This document shows, piece after piece, positions 48,148 to 57,893 of a stretch of 64,000 nt of DNA (positions are counted from its first letter, which is position 1; every line of letters begins with the position of its first letter). Below the pieces are notes generated by a model. That model worked only from the letters and a program-made list of their open reading frames with translations, did no database searches and was not told where the DNA came from. Both the position numbers and the translations under genes were made by a program. Origin of the DNA: Candidatus Krumholzibacteriia bacterium (GTDB lineage: Bacteria; Krumholzibacteriota; Krumholzibacteriia; Krumholzibacteriales; Krumholzibacteriaceae); contig JAGLYV010000078.1 in the NCBI GenBank assembly GCA_023131975.1, positions 73,240 through 137,239 of the forward strand. Reading direction: 5' to 3'.

Positions 48148-48862
48148 GCGAAGAGGAGACAGCCGCGCCGTATTCCTTCACGGCAAGCGGGATATCGCCC
48201 TTTTCTTCGGCGATCCTGCCCCTGTAGTAGAGGCATCTGACAGCCCACAAAGTCGATGGATAACTGTTTACCACCTTATCGAAATATAGCAGGGCCGCGT
48301 TATAGTTCTTTCCCGAGAAATACAGACGCGCGTTTTTGAAGTCCTTTTCTCCCAGTATATCGTAAATCTCTTCTCGCGTTTTCTCAGCTTCAGCTCTTCT
48401 CGGACTGTCTGGAAATATATCGAGGTAGCGGTTGATCCTGGTCAATGCCTCGAATGTCTTTGCCTGTTCCCTTTCAGGTCGAGGATGCTGCATAAAAGAG
48501 CTTAATCCTTCGAGGTAAAAGGCATCGTCAATGTATTCACTGTAGCCATAGTCGTTGATCAGTATTCTGTATTCCAGTGCCGCGAGAGGATACTCGCCGT
48601 CCAGCCTGTAGCATTCGGCCAGACGAAACTGAGCGAGATCACCCCTTTCATCTCCAGCGAAATCCGCGAGAAAATCCTTGTACTCAACAGCTGCCTGGCC
48701 GAATTTGCCCCTGTCGAACAATTGACCGGCCAACACGATCTTCTCATCCGCGTCAGGTATCCTTTTAGCCGTATAGGCTCCCCCGCACGAAACCAGAAAC
48801 ATCACGCCAACCAGCGCCGCGGACAGGGCCACCCTTGTATGTCTATCTTGCCTTTTCAAGCG
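48068..48862 (-). CDS. bamD: Outer membrane assembly lipoprotein BamD
   Basis: Lipobox LVSC; TPR helices; PEREQAKT...YLDIFPDSP...KDFKNARLY pattern; start uncertain (TTG 48862, track 48901). Confidence 0.8.
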   Translation of the reverse strand, partial: RLKRQDRHTRVALSAALVGVMFLVSCGGAYTAKRIPDADEKIVLAGQLFDRGKFGQAAVEYKDFLADFAGDERGDLAQFRLAECYRLDGEYPLAALEYRILINDYGYSEYIDDAFYLEGLSSFMQHPRPEREQAKTFEALTRINRYLDIFPDSPRRAEAEKTREEIYDILGEKDFKNARLYFSGKNYNAALLYFDKVVNSYPSTLWAVRCLYYRGRIAEEKGDIPLAVKEYGAAVSSSHEFDEKEEAGARLKDLTGGQSSEEQG

Positions 48863-49796
48863 CCACGATCCTTTCCTTCGCCTTCTCCACCATTCTTCCA
48901 CTCGAGCCCAGATTCATATGGACTACTTTCGAGTAGTATTCGATCGCACGGGCCACTTCGTGCCTCGACTCGAATATCTCGGCCAGCATGAAATCGACTT
49001 TTTCCTGAATAAGAGGATTCCTGGCCGTCGCGGAAAGTTCAAGAAGAAGATTCTCCGCCTCTTCTGTCTCACCCCCGGAATAAAGTTCCTTTCCCGCGTT
49101 GAGCAGAAGGTTCTCAAGCTTCCATTTAGCCGTTGAGACCAGACGACTCTTCGGATACCTGGCCTGAAACATCCTGTACAGATCTATTGCTTTTAGCTTT
49201 TCTTCCCTTCCCTCATATGCACTTCCAAGATCCATCATGACCTCGGCCGCACCAGCCGAATCTGAACTTGTGGCAAGGTAGTTTTCGAAATAGTATATTG
49301 CCCCTTCGTAATCCTTCCTGTCGAGCAACATTTTGCCTGCCCTCGAATTATAGCTGCCGAAATCGAGGTTTCTCTCGTAATTCGATGCCCTGATCACGAA
49401 ACGTCTTCCGCGCGCGCCCAGTCCTCTTTCAAGGCTGGAAATCGCTTCTGACTGGAATATCTCCGCTATCGCGGGAGCCCATGTGCTGTCTATACTGTAT
49501 ATCTCGGCAAAAGAATTATCGGCCTCTGCTTCCCTGCCAAGCGCGAGAAGAGACCTTCCCTCCACAAAGAGGAGTTCGGGGCTTCGTTGCCCGCCTTTTC
49601 GGAAATGATGTCTTGCCACAAAGATCGCTTCTCTGAAATTTCCGTTATCGAATTCACTCGAAGCTTTTTCAAGGGGAGACTTCTGCCCACATGCTGATGA
49701 TATGAGCATGATGATCAACAATAATGATAACCATATTCTTCCCCGGTTACGACTGTAAATAACGCATCGCCCCCCCGGGTGTCGTGGGTCATTCAT
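48843..49796 (-). CDS. TPR-repeat lipoprotein
   Basis: Hydrophobic stretch ending SSAC; repeated A..Y helical pairs, YPKS motif; overlaps both neighbours. Confidence 0.7.
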   Translation of the reverse strand: MNDPRHPGGRCVIYSRNRGRIWLSLLLIIMLISSACGQKSPLEKASSEFDNGNFREAIFVARHHFRKGGQRSPELLFVEGRSLLALGREAEADNSFAEIYSIDSTWAPAIAEIFQSEAISSLERGLGARGRRFVIRASNYERNLDFGSYNSRAGKMLLDRKDYEGAIYYFENYLATSSDSAGAAEVMMDLGSAYEGREEKLKAIDLYRMFQARYPKSRLVSTAKWKLENLLLNAGKELYSGGETEEAENLLLELSATARNPLIQEKVDFMLAEIFESRHEVARAIEYYSKVVHMNLGSSGRMVEKAKERIVALEKAR

Positions 49797-50481
49797 TACT
49801 GGACTGGTTCGAGAAGAATAGATAGATAAGGCCCGTAACTATCCCGGTCACGACAAACGTCTCGACCGCTTTGCCCCATTTCATCTCTTTGCGAGCAGGC
49901 ATGGTAAAGGTATGCTGCGGGTCCTCTACTCTTTCCAGAAGAGAATAGGCTATTGTATCCTCATAGTTCTTTCGTGTCTCACCCACCCAGATGATATCCC
50001 CGGTCGTCCCATCGGTCAACTGGGCAAAAACGCCGACCTCAGCCAACCTTTCCACTTTTTTCGAACCGACCCAGTAACTTCTGTCTATGTCGGGATACTT
50101 TATGAGAAACCTGACCATCTGATAATTGAACTCATAATCGTGAAATGTGCTGTCCTGGGCGTCTTCCGAGACTTTGGTGGTCACCCGGAGCCCGGCATCG
50201 GTGAATTTTCTGATAAGGACGTTTGTGAAAACGTCGTCGATTGTACCGGCACCTTTACTTTTGACGAGAAGTACGAGCTGGTCTTTACCGATACGAGGCA
50301 TATTATCCTTGAGTTCATCTATGGCCTGTTCTGATATCTTCTCCAGAACCTCATAGTTCGTGACCACTTTCTCCCCGGTCCCACGCGGCTCGCTCAGCGC
50401 CGGAATGGCGGCAAACAACACCGAGAGGCAGAGCAGCATCGCTGTCCTGGATAATACCTTCTCTCGCCTGAAAATGCTCAA
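49789..50481 (-). CDS. Exported hypothetical protein with C-terminal TM helix
   Basis: Signal peptide ending ALS; QLTDGTTGDIIW motif; C-terminal hydrophobic helix; TTG start after GGGGAGG. Confidence 0.65.
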   Translation of the reverse strand: MSIFRREKVLSRTAMLLCLSVLFAAIPALSEPRGTGEKVVTNYEVLEKISEQAIDELKDNMPRIGKDQLVLLVKSKGAGTIDDVFTNVLIRKFTDAGLRVTTKVSEDAQDSTFHDYEFNYQMVRFLIKYPDIDRSYWVGSKKVERLAEVGVFAQLTDGTTGDIIWVGETRKNYEDTIAYSLLERVEDPQHTFTMPARKEMKWGKAVETFVVTGIVTGLIYLFFSNQSSNE

Positions 50482-50553
50482 GTACGACCTCCCCGATTTT
50501 CACCAGACTATCTACCGCAAACGACCACGATAGCATCTCTTCAGGTAACGCTA

Positions 50554-50584
50554 ATTATATTCAGTAATTGCAGATAAATGTCAA
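50554..50584 (-). promoter_or_regulatory. Promoter with consensus hexamers and a 19-nt spacer
   Basis: TTGACA-N19-TATAAT upstream of the hypothetical-TPR-bamD-nadD-polA run. Confidence 0.55.
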
Positions 50585-50591
50585 TCTAAAT

Positions 50592-51962
50592 CTATTCGAC
50601 CTCACCGAAAAGATCGAATGCTTCTGCCTCGGTGATCCTGACCTTTATTATCTTTCCTCGATCCGATTTCCTTCCCGAAAGGAAAGTCACACCGTCAACA
50701 TCATGAGCCTGACCGTAATACCTGCCCGTCCCCCATACGCCGGGGAGTGGCGATTCGTCATCATCGATATACTCGTCGACGATGACCCTCTGTGTGGTCC
50801 CGACCAATGGTATCAGCCTGTCGTGGGAAATATCCATCTGGACCGTCGAGATCTCGTCTATCCTCCCAAGGACCCGGTCTGAATCGACTGTTCCCTGCAT
50901 ACGCGACGCGGGCGTACCTCTTTCTGGAGAAAACGCGAAAACTCCAAGATGGTCGAATTTCTGTTCTTCGACAAAATCGAGAAGTTCGTTAAATTCATCT
51001 TCGGTCTCTCCGGGAAAGCCGGCCATCACCGTAGTACGGAGGACCACACGGTGTTCCAGGTTTCTTAAGACACCGAACAGATCCTCCAGATCTTTCCTCT
51101 GATAGCCCCTGCCCATATCCTTCAGGATACGGTCCGAGACATGCTGCACCGGAATGTCGAGATAAGGAAGGATCGTTCCACTCGATATCAGGTCCGCGAT
51201 CCTGTGGGCGTCCAGGTGTGCCGGATGCAGGTACATGAGCCTGATCCATTCGATACCTTCGACACTGCCAATCTCCTTCGCAAGACGGTAAAGATCATCA
51301 ACACTGCCGGAATCATAGCCATACGCGGAAGTGTCCTGTGCTATCAGAACCAGTTCCTTCACTCCAGCTTTGGCCAGCGCCCGGGCTTCGCTCAGCATCT
51401 CATCAGGTTGTTCGCTTCGAAGCTCTCCCCTTATGCCGGGTATCGTACAATAAGAACAATGGTTGGAGCATCCCTCAGCTATTTTCAGGTAAGCCAGGTG
51501 AGGAACGGTAAACAGACACCTTCCTCCTGGATGGGACAGACATTCTCCCGACACTCCCCCGATGCACTCCCGCGCCCTGTCGCCCGAAGCCGCAAGGCTG
51601 TCCGCCATCTCAGGCAACCTCATCATCTCATCGACGGGAAGGAACAGATCCACTTCAGGAAACAAGTCGCCCAGCTTCTCACCTTCGCGAGTGACCATGC
51701 AACCGAGTACCACGAGCTTCTGCCAGTCTTCTTTCCCTGACGCGACCCTGATGATCTCTCCGACCGATTCCTCTTCAGCAATGGAGATAAATGCACATGT
51801 GGTTATTACAAGAAGGTCAGCCAGTGCGGGATCTTCCTCGTGTCGCCATCCTCGCTGTTCAAGCGAACCGGCCACACGTTCCGCGTCCACGAGGTTTTTC
51901 GAGCATCCGAGGTTGAAGAAGTGAAAACTTCCGACAAACTTTATCCCATCAGCTTCCTTCAT
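50592..51962 (-). CDS. rimO: Ribosomal protein S12 methylthiotransferase
   Basis: LGCSKNLVDAE, TCAFI...ES, KIAEGCSNHCSYCTIP, YLHP, C-terminal TRAM domain; probable start 51962. Confidence 0.93.
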   Translation of the reverse strand: MKEADGIKFVGSFHFFNLGCSKNLVDAERVAGSLEQRGWRHEEDPALADLLVITTCAFISIAEEESVGEIIRVASGKEDWQKLVVLGCMVTREGEKLGDLFPEVDLFLPVDEMMRLPEMADSLAASGDRARECIGGVSGECLSHPGGRCLFTVPHLAYLKIAEGCSNHCSYCTIPGIRGELRSEQPDEMLSEARALAKAGVKELVLIAQDTSAYGYDSGSVDDLYRLAKEIGSVEGIEWIRLMYLHPAHLDAHRIADLISSGTILPYLDIPVQHVSDRILKDMGRGYQRKDLEDLFGVLRNLEHRVVLRTTVMAGFPGETEDEFNELLDFVEEQKFDHLGVFAFSPERGTPASRMQGTVDSDRVLGRIDEISTVQMDISHDRLIPLVGTTQRVIVDEYIDDDESPLPGVWGTGRYYGQAHDVDGVTFLSGRKSDRGKIIKVRITEAEAFDLFGEVE

Positions 51963-54108
51963 ATTCTTCCCGGCTGATGAACACTTCTCTTGCCTTTGAG
52001 CCTTCGAACGGTCCCACGACACCTGACTGTTCGAGCATATCGATCAGCCGTGCCGCCCTCGCGTACCCGACTCGCAATCTTCTCTGTACGAGGGAGATAG
52101 ACCCCTGCTGATGCATAATGACCAGTTCCCTGGCTTTTTCGTACAGTTCGTCATCTATATCGGCTTCACCATCAGACCCGACCATCGTCTGTTCGTTAAG
52201 ATCGAGTTCTGTGTCACCACCGATAAATCCACGCCAGTAATCAGCCACGTTCTCTGCTTCATCCTCGGAGATATACGCGCCCTGTATCCTCACCGGGCTC
52301 GGAAGATTCTTGGGAAGGTACAGCATATCCCCGTTCCCAAGCAGAGTCTCTCCCCCGTTGACATCGAGGATAGTCCTGGAATCAGTCTTCGAAGTCACCT
52401 GAAATGCTATACGTGACGGGAAATTCGCCTTGATAAGACCGGTTATCACATCGACGGAAGGTCTCTGTGTCGCGAAAACCAGATGAATACCAACAGCCCT
52501 CGCCATCTGGGCAAGCCTGGTTATCGGAGGATATATCTCGTTTCCGAGCGTCACCATGATATCGGCAAGTTCATCTATAACGCAGACATAATAGGGAAGA
52601 CTCGACACTTCCTCTCCCGTTTCCCTGTCGACCAGTTTCTCGCTGTTGGCTTTCTTGTTGTAGCTCTTTATGTTTTTCACTCCGAACTGCGCGAGAAGCT
52701 TGTACCGCCTGTCCATCTCTATGGTCATCCAGTTCAGGACTTTCAGGGCCTGCCTCGCTTCGGTGATCACGGGATGCAGGAGATGAGGGATCTTGTTGTA
52801 TGTGATCAACTCAAGTCTTTTTGGGTCTATCAGGATGAAACGGCATGTCGCAGGTGTATGATTGAAGAGAAGCGAGCAGATGATCGCGTTTATGCATACG
52901 CTTTTTCCACTTCCCGTCGCGCCCGCAATGAGAAGATGGGGCATATCGGCCAGATCTACGAACACAGGTTCACCCGTCACACTTTTTCCCAGACTGACAT
53001 TCAGTTCGCCCCCCTGGGGAAAATGCTCAAGCATCTCCTTGAGGACTACAAGTTTCGGCTCGGGATTCGGGACTTCTATCCCGACCGCTCCCTTGCCTGG
53101 AATCGGAGCCTGTATCCGAAGCGCCCTTGCCGCCAGGGCAAGAGATATGTCATCGGCCCTGTTGGCTATCTGGCTTACCTTGACTCCCGCAGCGGGAACG
53201 AATTCGAATGTCGTCACCACCGGTCCGGGAAGCACCTTTTGGATCTTCCCCTTCAGGCCGTAATCCTCCAGTTTTGCCTCGATGACTTCCGATCTTGCTA
53301 TCAGGTCTTCCTTGCTGAAAGAGACCGAGGATTCATCGTACTCAGCAAGAAGGGAAAGGTCAGGCAGAGGCGCATTGTCCGCCGGCGTCGAAGGGGCTCC
53401 TGCCGGTTTCGGCCTGGAAGGCACGGGTTTCTGCCGGGGCTTCGGCCTGGGTCTTTTCGGTTCGGCGATATCTATCTTTCTGGGGCCTTCTTCGATCTCT
53501 TCTTCGACTTCCACGAGTATCGGCTCCGGCTTAGTTTTCGTTTTCCGGTTCTTTTTCCTGCCGGTACGTTCATGCGCCCTCTCCTTCTTTCCTCTGGAGA
53601 AAAGGCCCGCGAGCATAGCGGCCATTCCGGATAGTCTTTCGGCTGCTTCACTGATCGACCCGAAAAAGAGCAGGGTCAGAGTCAGCAGAAATGACGCGGA
53701 TAGTACCAGTATCGTACCTATCCTTCCGACCAGAAGTCCGAGTAAGGCGGCAGACCGTTCACCGAGCTGACCGGCCGCACCTGAAAGTCCACTCGCCGCA
53801 AGCAGCGCCGCGCCGATCCAGACAAGAAGCGCCAGTCCCGCAAGTGTCCTTCCCTTTTCGAGAAGTTTCCGGCTGGCCAGATATAACCCTCCCCAGTACA
53901 GCATAAGCAGGGGGACCCCCCAGGAAACAATATATCCGAAAAGATGCCGCAATATCCCGGAGACAAACGCACCGATCGGGCCACAGAGGTTCGCCGCATC
54001 CCAGAAACGTCCCGTGTCGGCATCGTCCCAGGAATAGAGAGCAACCCCGACGAAAACAGCCGAGGCCATCAGAATTATTCCGGTTGTTATTTTTTTCTTT
54101 TTAGCCAT
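51949..54108 (-). CDS. ftsK: FtsK/SpoIIIE DNA translocase
   Basis: N-terminal TMs, MPHLLIAGATGSGKS, IDELAD, RLAQMARAVGIH, gamma domain QRRLRVGYARAARL. Confidence 0.96.
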   Translation of the reverse strand: MAKKKKITTGIILMASAVFVGVALYSWDDADTGRFWDAANLCGPIGAFVSGILRHLFGYIVSWGVPLLMLYWGGLYLASRKLLEKGRTLAGLALLVWIGAALLAASGLSGAAGQLGERSAALLGLLVGRIGTILVLSASFLLTLTLLFFGSISEAAERLSGMAAMLAGLFSRGKKERAHERTGRKKNRKTKTKPEPILVEVEEEIEEGPRKIDIAEPKRPRPKPRQKPVPSRPKPAGAPSTPADNAPLPDLSLLAEYDESSVSFSKEDLIARSEVIEAKLEDYGLKGKIQKVLPGPVVTTFEFVPAAGVKVSQIANRADDISLALAARALRIQAPIPGKGAVGIEVPNPEPKLVVLKEMLEHFPQGGELNVSLGKSVTGEPVFVDLADMPHLLIAGATGSGKSVCINAIICSLLFNHTPATCRFILIDPKRLELITYNKIPHLLHPVITEARQALKVLNWMTIEMDRRYKLLAQFGVKNIKSYNKKANSEKLVDRETGEEVSSLPYYVCVIDELADIMVTLGNEIYPPITRLAQMARAVGIHLVFATQRPSVDVITGLIKANFPSRIAFQVTSKTDSRTILDVNGGETLLGNGDMLYLPKNLPSPVRIQGAYISEDEAENVADYWRGFIGGDTELDLNEQTMVGSDGEADIDDELYEKARELVIMHQQGSISLVQRRLRVGYARAARLIDMLEQSGVVGPFEGSKAREVFISREEYEGS

Positions 54109-54183
54109 GACCAAGTTCCCGTCCCTGCTTCACACAAGTTGTCAGGACAATAGGCGGACCCGTTCGACGCAGGTCATTTTACG

Positions 54184-55251
54184 TTATTTACATTTATCAA
54201 TGATCTGCCTGAAGGTAAAGCAGTTTTTCCTGATGTCACCCCTGAGGATCGCGGATACTACGGCGACGGCGGCAGCCCCCGCCGCGAATACTTCCCCGAC
54301 GTTTCCAGCCTCCAGACCACCTATGGCCACTACGGGCAGTCTGGTCGCGGCAGAGATACTTCGCACCAATTCTGTTCCGACGGCTCTGGCCGACGGTTTC
54401 GTGTCAGTCGAATAGACAGCCCCCACCCCGACATAATCGACCCTGCCGGCATCTACCTTCGTCAGGTCTTCAAGCGAATGAACGGTCAGTCCAAGGATGG
54501 CATCCTCTCCTATGATCTCCCTCGCTGTCGCGGGATCGACATCCCCGGCCCCGATGTGCACGCCATCGGCTCCCGCGTCTCTCGCAAGATCGGGGTAATC
54601 GTTAATTATAAGTGGTACTCCAGCTTTTTTTGTAACGCTCAATATCGCCGCGATGTCCTTGAGCATCTCCACCCTGTCTACATCCTTGGCCCTGTACTGG
54701 ATCATGTCCACACCACCATCCACAAGGAGTTCAGCGATACCGCCTGACTCGCCATGGTCGACGAATATCCTGTCAATGAAACCGTATAAAAATGGGGATG
54801 TCGGCATGGGACAAGTCCTTACGACCCTACCCATAAATGACTTCTCGACCGCGTAGACCCTGAACCTGAGACTCTTGTATACCCCGGATACTCCCGGATC
54901 GATGAGTTTTCCGAATTCCTCAAGGACCCGGAGAGCTTCCTCGGCCCTGAGGAAATTCGCTCTGCACAGATCGTGGAATGAACTCCGGCGACTCTCCGAT
55001 CCCGAAGTATAAGCAGCCCCGACATCCGATCCGGTATCCCTGTATTTGTGAGAACCGGCGACTGCTTTCTCGGACACCTCTCTCACAACGTGACGAATAT
55101 CCTTGATCTCCTTGAACAACCCGTCATTTTCTTCCGAGAAACGGGCGATCTCCTCGATCACCCTGAGCCCTTCGGCACACCTGTTCGAATTGGCGTCTAT
55201 TATTCTTGAGATCACTTCGGAATCGATCGATCCGTTTCTTTCCAAACCCAT
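54184..55251 (-). CDS. thiE: Thiamine-phosphate synthase with N-terminal ThiD2-like domain
   Basis: RIIDANSNRCAEGLRVIEE N-domain; QYRAK, IIND, GVHIG, TDTK, VAIGG. Confidence 0.88.
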   Translation of the reverse strand: MGLERNGSIDSEVISRIIDANSNRCAEGLRVIEEIARFSEENDGLFKEIKDIRHVVREVSEKAVAGSHKYRDTGSDVGAAYTSGSESRRSSFHDLCRANFLRAEEALRVLEEFGKLIDPGVSGVYKSLRFRVYAVEKSFMGRVVRTCPMPTSPFLYGFIDRIFVDHGESGGIAELLVDGGVDMIQYRAKDVDRVEMLKDIAAILSVTKKAGVPLIINDYPDLARDAGADGVHIGAGDVDPATAREIIGEDAILGLTVHSLEDLTKVDAGRVDYVGVGAVYSTDTKPSARAVGTELVRSISAATRLPVVAIGGLEAGNVGEVFAAGAAAVAVVSAILRGDIRKNCFTFRQIIDKCK

Positions 55252-55270
55252 CACCCTGCTCTGGACATGA

Positions 55271-56611
55271 TCACTTCTGCAACCTGTCGATGAACGAAGT
55301 ATCGAAATCCCCCTCAATGAATTCTTTTCTGCCCAGAATCCAGAGGTGAAACGGGATGGTAGTCGGCACTCCTTCGATCACACATTCCTCCAGGGAACGG
55401 ACCATCCTCAACCTTGCCTCTTCTCTCGTATCCCCATAGGTTATCACTTTAGCCAGGAGAGAATCATAGAAAGGTGGCACCACGTAGCCGGCATAAAGGT
55501 GAGAATCGACCCTTACACCGGGGCCGCCCGGGGGATGATAGAAAGTGATCTTTCCCGGTGACGGCTTGAAATTCTTCTCTGGATCCTCCGCGTTGATCCT
55601 GCATTCCATCGCGTGGCCCTTCACTGTGGCCGACGCATCCATCATCGGACTCACCCCGGTAGACGAAAGCCTTATCTGCTCCTTGATCAGGTCGTACCCT
55701 GTCACCATCTCCGATACGGGGTGCTCTACCTGGACACGCGTGTTCATCTCAAGAAAATAGACATCTCCCTCAGATGTAACGAGAAATTCCATAGTCCCCA
55801 GTGATTCGTATTTTATATAAGAGGCTCCCTTTATGGCATACCCCAATATCTTTTTACGCAATTCGTCCGATATGCCGGGAGATGGAGACTCTTCTATCAG
55901 TTTCTGATGTCTTCTCTGGATGCTGCATTCACGTTCACCAAGATGTACAGTTTTCCCTTTTCCATCGCCAAATATCTGCACTTCAATATGTCTCGGGTTC
56001 TCCAGATATTTTTCTATATACAGTCCACCGTCTCCGAAAGCCGTTTCTGCTTCCTTGCTCGCGGAATGAAACAACTCTGCCATCTGTCCTTCATCCCTGA
56101 CTATCCTGATCCCCCTGCCACCACCACCGGCGACGGCTTTGATCATCAGAGGATATCCCATTTCCCTGCCGAGCTTCAGCGCATGATTCTCGTCGTCCAG
56201 AAGATCATCGCTGCCGGGGATGATCGGGATGCCCGCTTCGGACATAAGAGTCCTGGCCATGGCCTTGTCACCCATATTATTCATTATCTCATGGGATGGC
56301 CCTATCCAGTCGATGTTACAGGACTTGCATACCTCGGCAAAATGAGGATTCTCGGAAAGAAAACCGTAAGCCGGGTGTATAGCATCCGCATGTGTTATTT
56401 CCGCGGCTGCGATAATACTGGGAATATTCAGGTAACTGTCGACAGGCAGGGGCCCGCCGATACAGACGTCTTCATCCGCCAGCTTCACATGCAACGATTC
56501 ACGATCAGCCTCAGAATGAATGGCGACAGCCTTTATGCCGAGTTCCTTGCAGGCGCGGCTTATCCTGAGGGCGATCTCGCCCCTCGCCGCGATCAGTATT
56601 TTTTTATACAT
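55271..56611 (-). CDS. accC: Acetyl-CoA carboxylase, biotin carboxylase subunit
   Basis: ARGEIALR, HPAYGFLSEN, GGGGRG, RHIEVQ, EMNTRVQVEH, YDSLLAK. Confidence 0.96.
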   Translation of the reverse strand: MYKKILIAARGEIALRISRACKELGIKAVAIHSEADRESLHVKLADEDVCIGGPLPVDSYLNIPSIIAAAEITHADAIHPAYGFLSENPHFAEVCKSCNIDWIGPSHEIMNNMGDKAMARTLMSEAGIPIIPGSDDLLDDENHALKLGREMGYPLMIKAVAGGGGRGIRIVRDEGQMAELFHSASKEAETAFGDGGLYIEKYLENPRHIEVQIFGDGKGKTVHLGERECSIQRRHQKLIEESPSPGISDELRKKILGYAIKGASYIKYESLGTMEFLVTSEGDVYFLEMNTRVQVEHPVSEMVTGYDLIKEQIRLSSTGVSPMMDASATVKGHAMECRINAEDPEKNFKPSPGKITFYHPPGGPGVRVDSHLYAGYVVPPFYDSLLAKVITYGDTREEARLRMVRSLEECVIEGVPTTIPFHLWILGRKEFIEGDFDTSFIDRLQK

Positions 56612-56619
56612 AGAGTCTT

Positions 56620-57756
56620 TTAGAAATCACCGCCAGTTCCACCGCTGGTCTCAGCATTTTCAAAGCTGTCCCAAGTATTGTCACTGCTAGCCTTTATGCC
56701 TTTCAGGCGCAGGTTGAACTCGTGCGGGTTGGAACTGTTCTTCAGTGCTTCCTCGATGCTTATCCTCTCATCGGCAAGAAGCTGCATGAGAGACTGGTCG
56801 AAACTCTGCATCCCATGCGAAGAAACACCCTCCCGGATAGCCTGCTGAATGAGAGGCGCCTTTTCAGGATCAACAATATACTCCCTTACGGCCGCAGTTA
56901 CAATCATTACTTCAACGGCGGGAACACGGCCCCTGGATTCCTTGAGAGGTATCAGGCGCTGGGCGATCACTGCACGGAGAGTGGAGGAAAGAAGATATCT
57001 GATCTCCTGGTGCTGGTGAGGCGGGAAAAAAGAGATCACACGGTTTATCGTCTGGGTAGCATCTATCGTATGGAGAGTGGAGAACACAAGGTGTCCCGTA
57101 TCGGCCGCCATGAGAGCTATCTCCATGGTCAACGCGTCCCGGATCTCGCCCACGAGGATGACATCAGGATCCTGCCTCAGGATATGTCTCAGCGCCTCGT
57201 GAAACGACGATGTATCTGTACCGATCTCTCTCTGGTTGATGATGCTCTTGATATCGTGGTGAAGAAACTCTATAGGATCCTCGATCGTAATCACGTTTTT
57301 GTTCGTTTTCTCATTTATCTCTCTCACCATTGCGGCGAGAGTCGTTGACTTTCCGCTTCCCACGGTGCCGGTGACAAAGATCAGGCCCCTCTGCTTGAGG
57401 GAAAGTTTCTTCAGCACTTCAGGAAGGTCAAGTTCATCGAGCGACTTGATCTCTACAGGCACATGTCTGAATACCATCGCTATAGAGCCACGCTGAACGT
57501 AGAAATTCGCTCTGAATCTGGCCAATCCCGAGACTCCAAAGGCAAAATCGACTTCCCGGGTCTTCTTGAACTTCTCTTTCTGTCCCGGGGTAAGTATCTG
57601 ATCGGATATCGCTTCCATATCTTTTGGGCTGGGACGATCGAAATCCAGATGGTCAAGCTTTCCATCCACCCTTACAACGGGTGCAATCCCTGCCTTCAGA
57701 TGAAGATCCGAACCACCCCTTGAGATCATGGCTTCCAAAATATTCTTGATATTCAT
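56620..57756 (-). CDS. pilT: Type IV pilus retraction-type ATPase (PilT/PilU family)
   Basis: SDLHL, GTVGSGKST, ITIEDPIE, LRQDPDVILVGEIRD, TGHLVFSTLH, GMQSFDQ; probable start MNIKNIL at 57756. Confidence 0.88.
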   Translation of the reverse strand: MNIKNILEAMISRGGSDLHLKAGIAPVVRVDGKLDHLDFDRPSPKDMEAISDQILTPGQKEKFKKTREVDFAFGVSGLARFRANFYVQRGSIAMVFRHVPVEIKSLDELDLPEVLKKLSLKQRGLIFVTGTVGSGKSTTLAAMVREINEKTNKNVITIEDPIEFLHHDIKSIINQREIGTDTSSFHEALRHILRQDPDVILVGEIRDALTMEIALMAADTGHLVFSTLHTIDATQTINRVISFFPPHQHQEIRYLLSSTLRAVIAQRLIPLKESRGRVPAVEVMIVTAAVREYIVDPEKAPLIQQAIREGVSSHGMQSFDQSLMQLLADERISIEEALKNSSNPHEFNLRLKGIKASSDNTWDSFENAETSGGTGGDF

Positions 57757-57893
57757 GCGATGATACCCTTCCGATCGTATATAGACCAGTTTTCCCTCTC
57801 CGGGACCTGCAAATAGGCGCATTCCGAACGACAACATTGCATTTGATGCCGTCATTCAGAGATAAACTGCATATTGGAGATCGATTGCAAATA

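Noticed and set aside
52483-53634. Long antisense ORFs over ftsK (likewise over bamA 33663-34622, polA 46259-47173, TPR 63089-63877)
   Set aside because: Same shadow-frame pattern throughout the window; no independent evidence of coding
57757-57855. N-terminal extensions given by the ORF track (pilT, lon, lpxA, bamA, rimO, thiE, spermidine-synthase-like)
   Set aside because: They overlap promoters or upstream genes and precede the conserved domain start; downstream starts fit better, several with a recognisable SD
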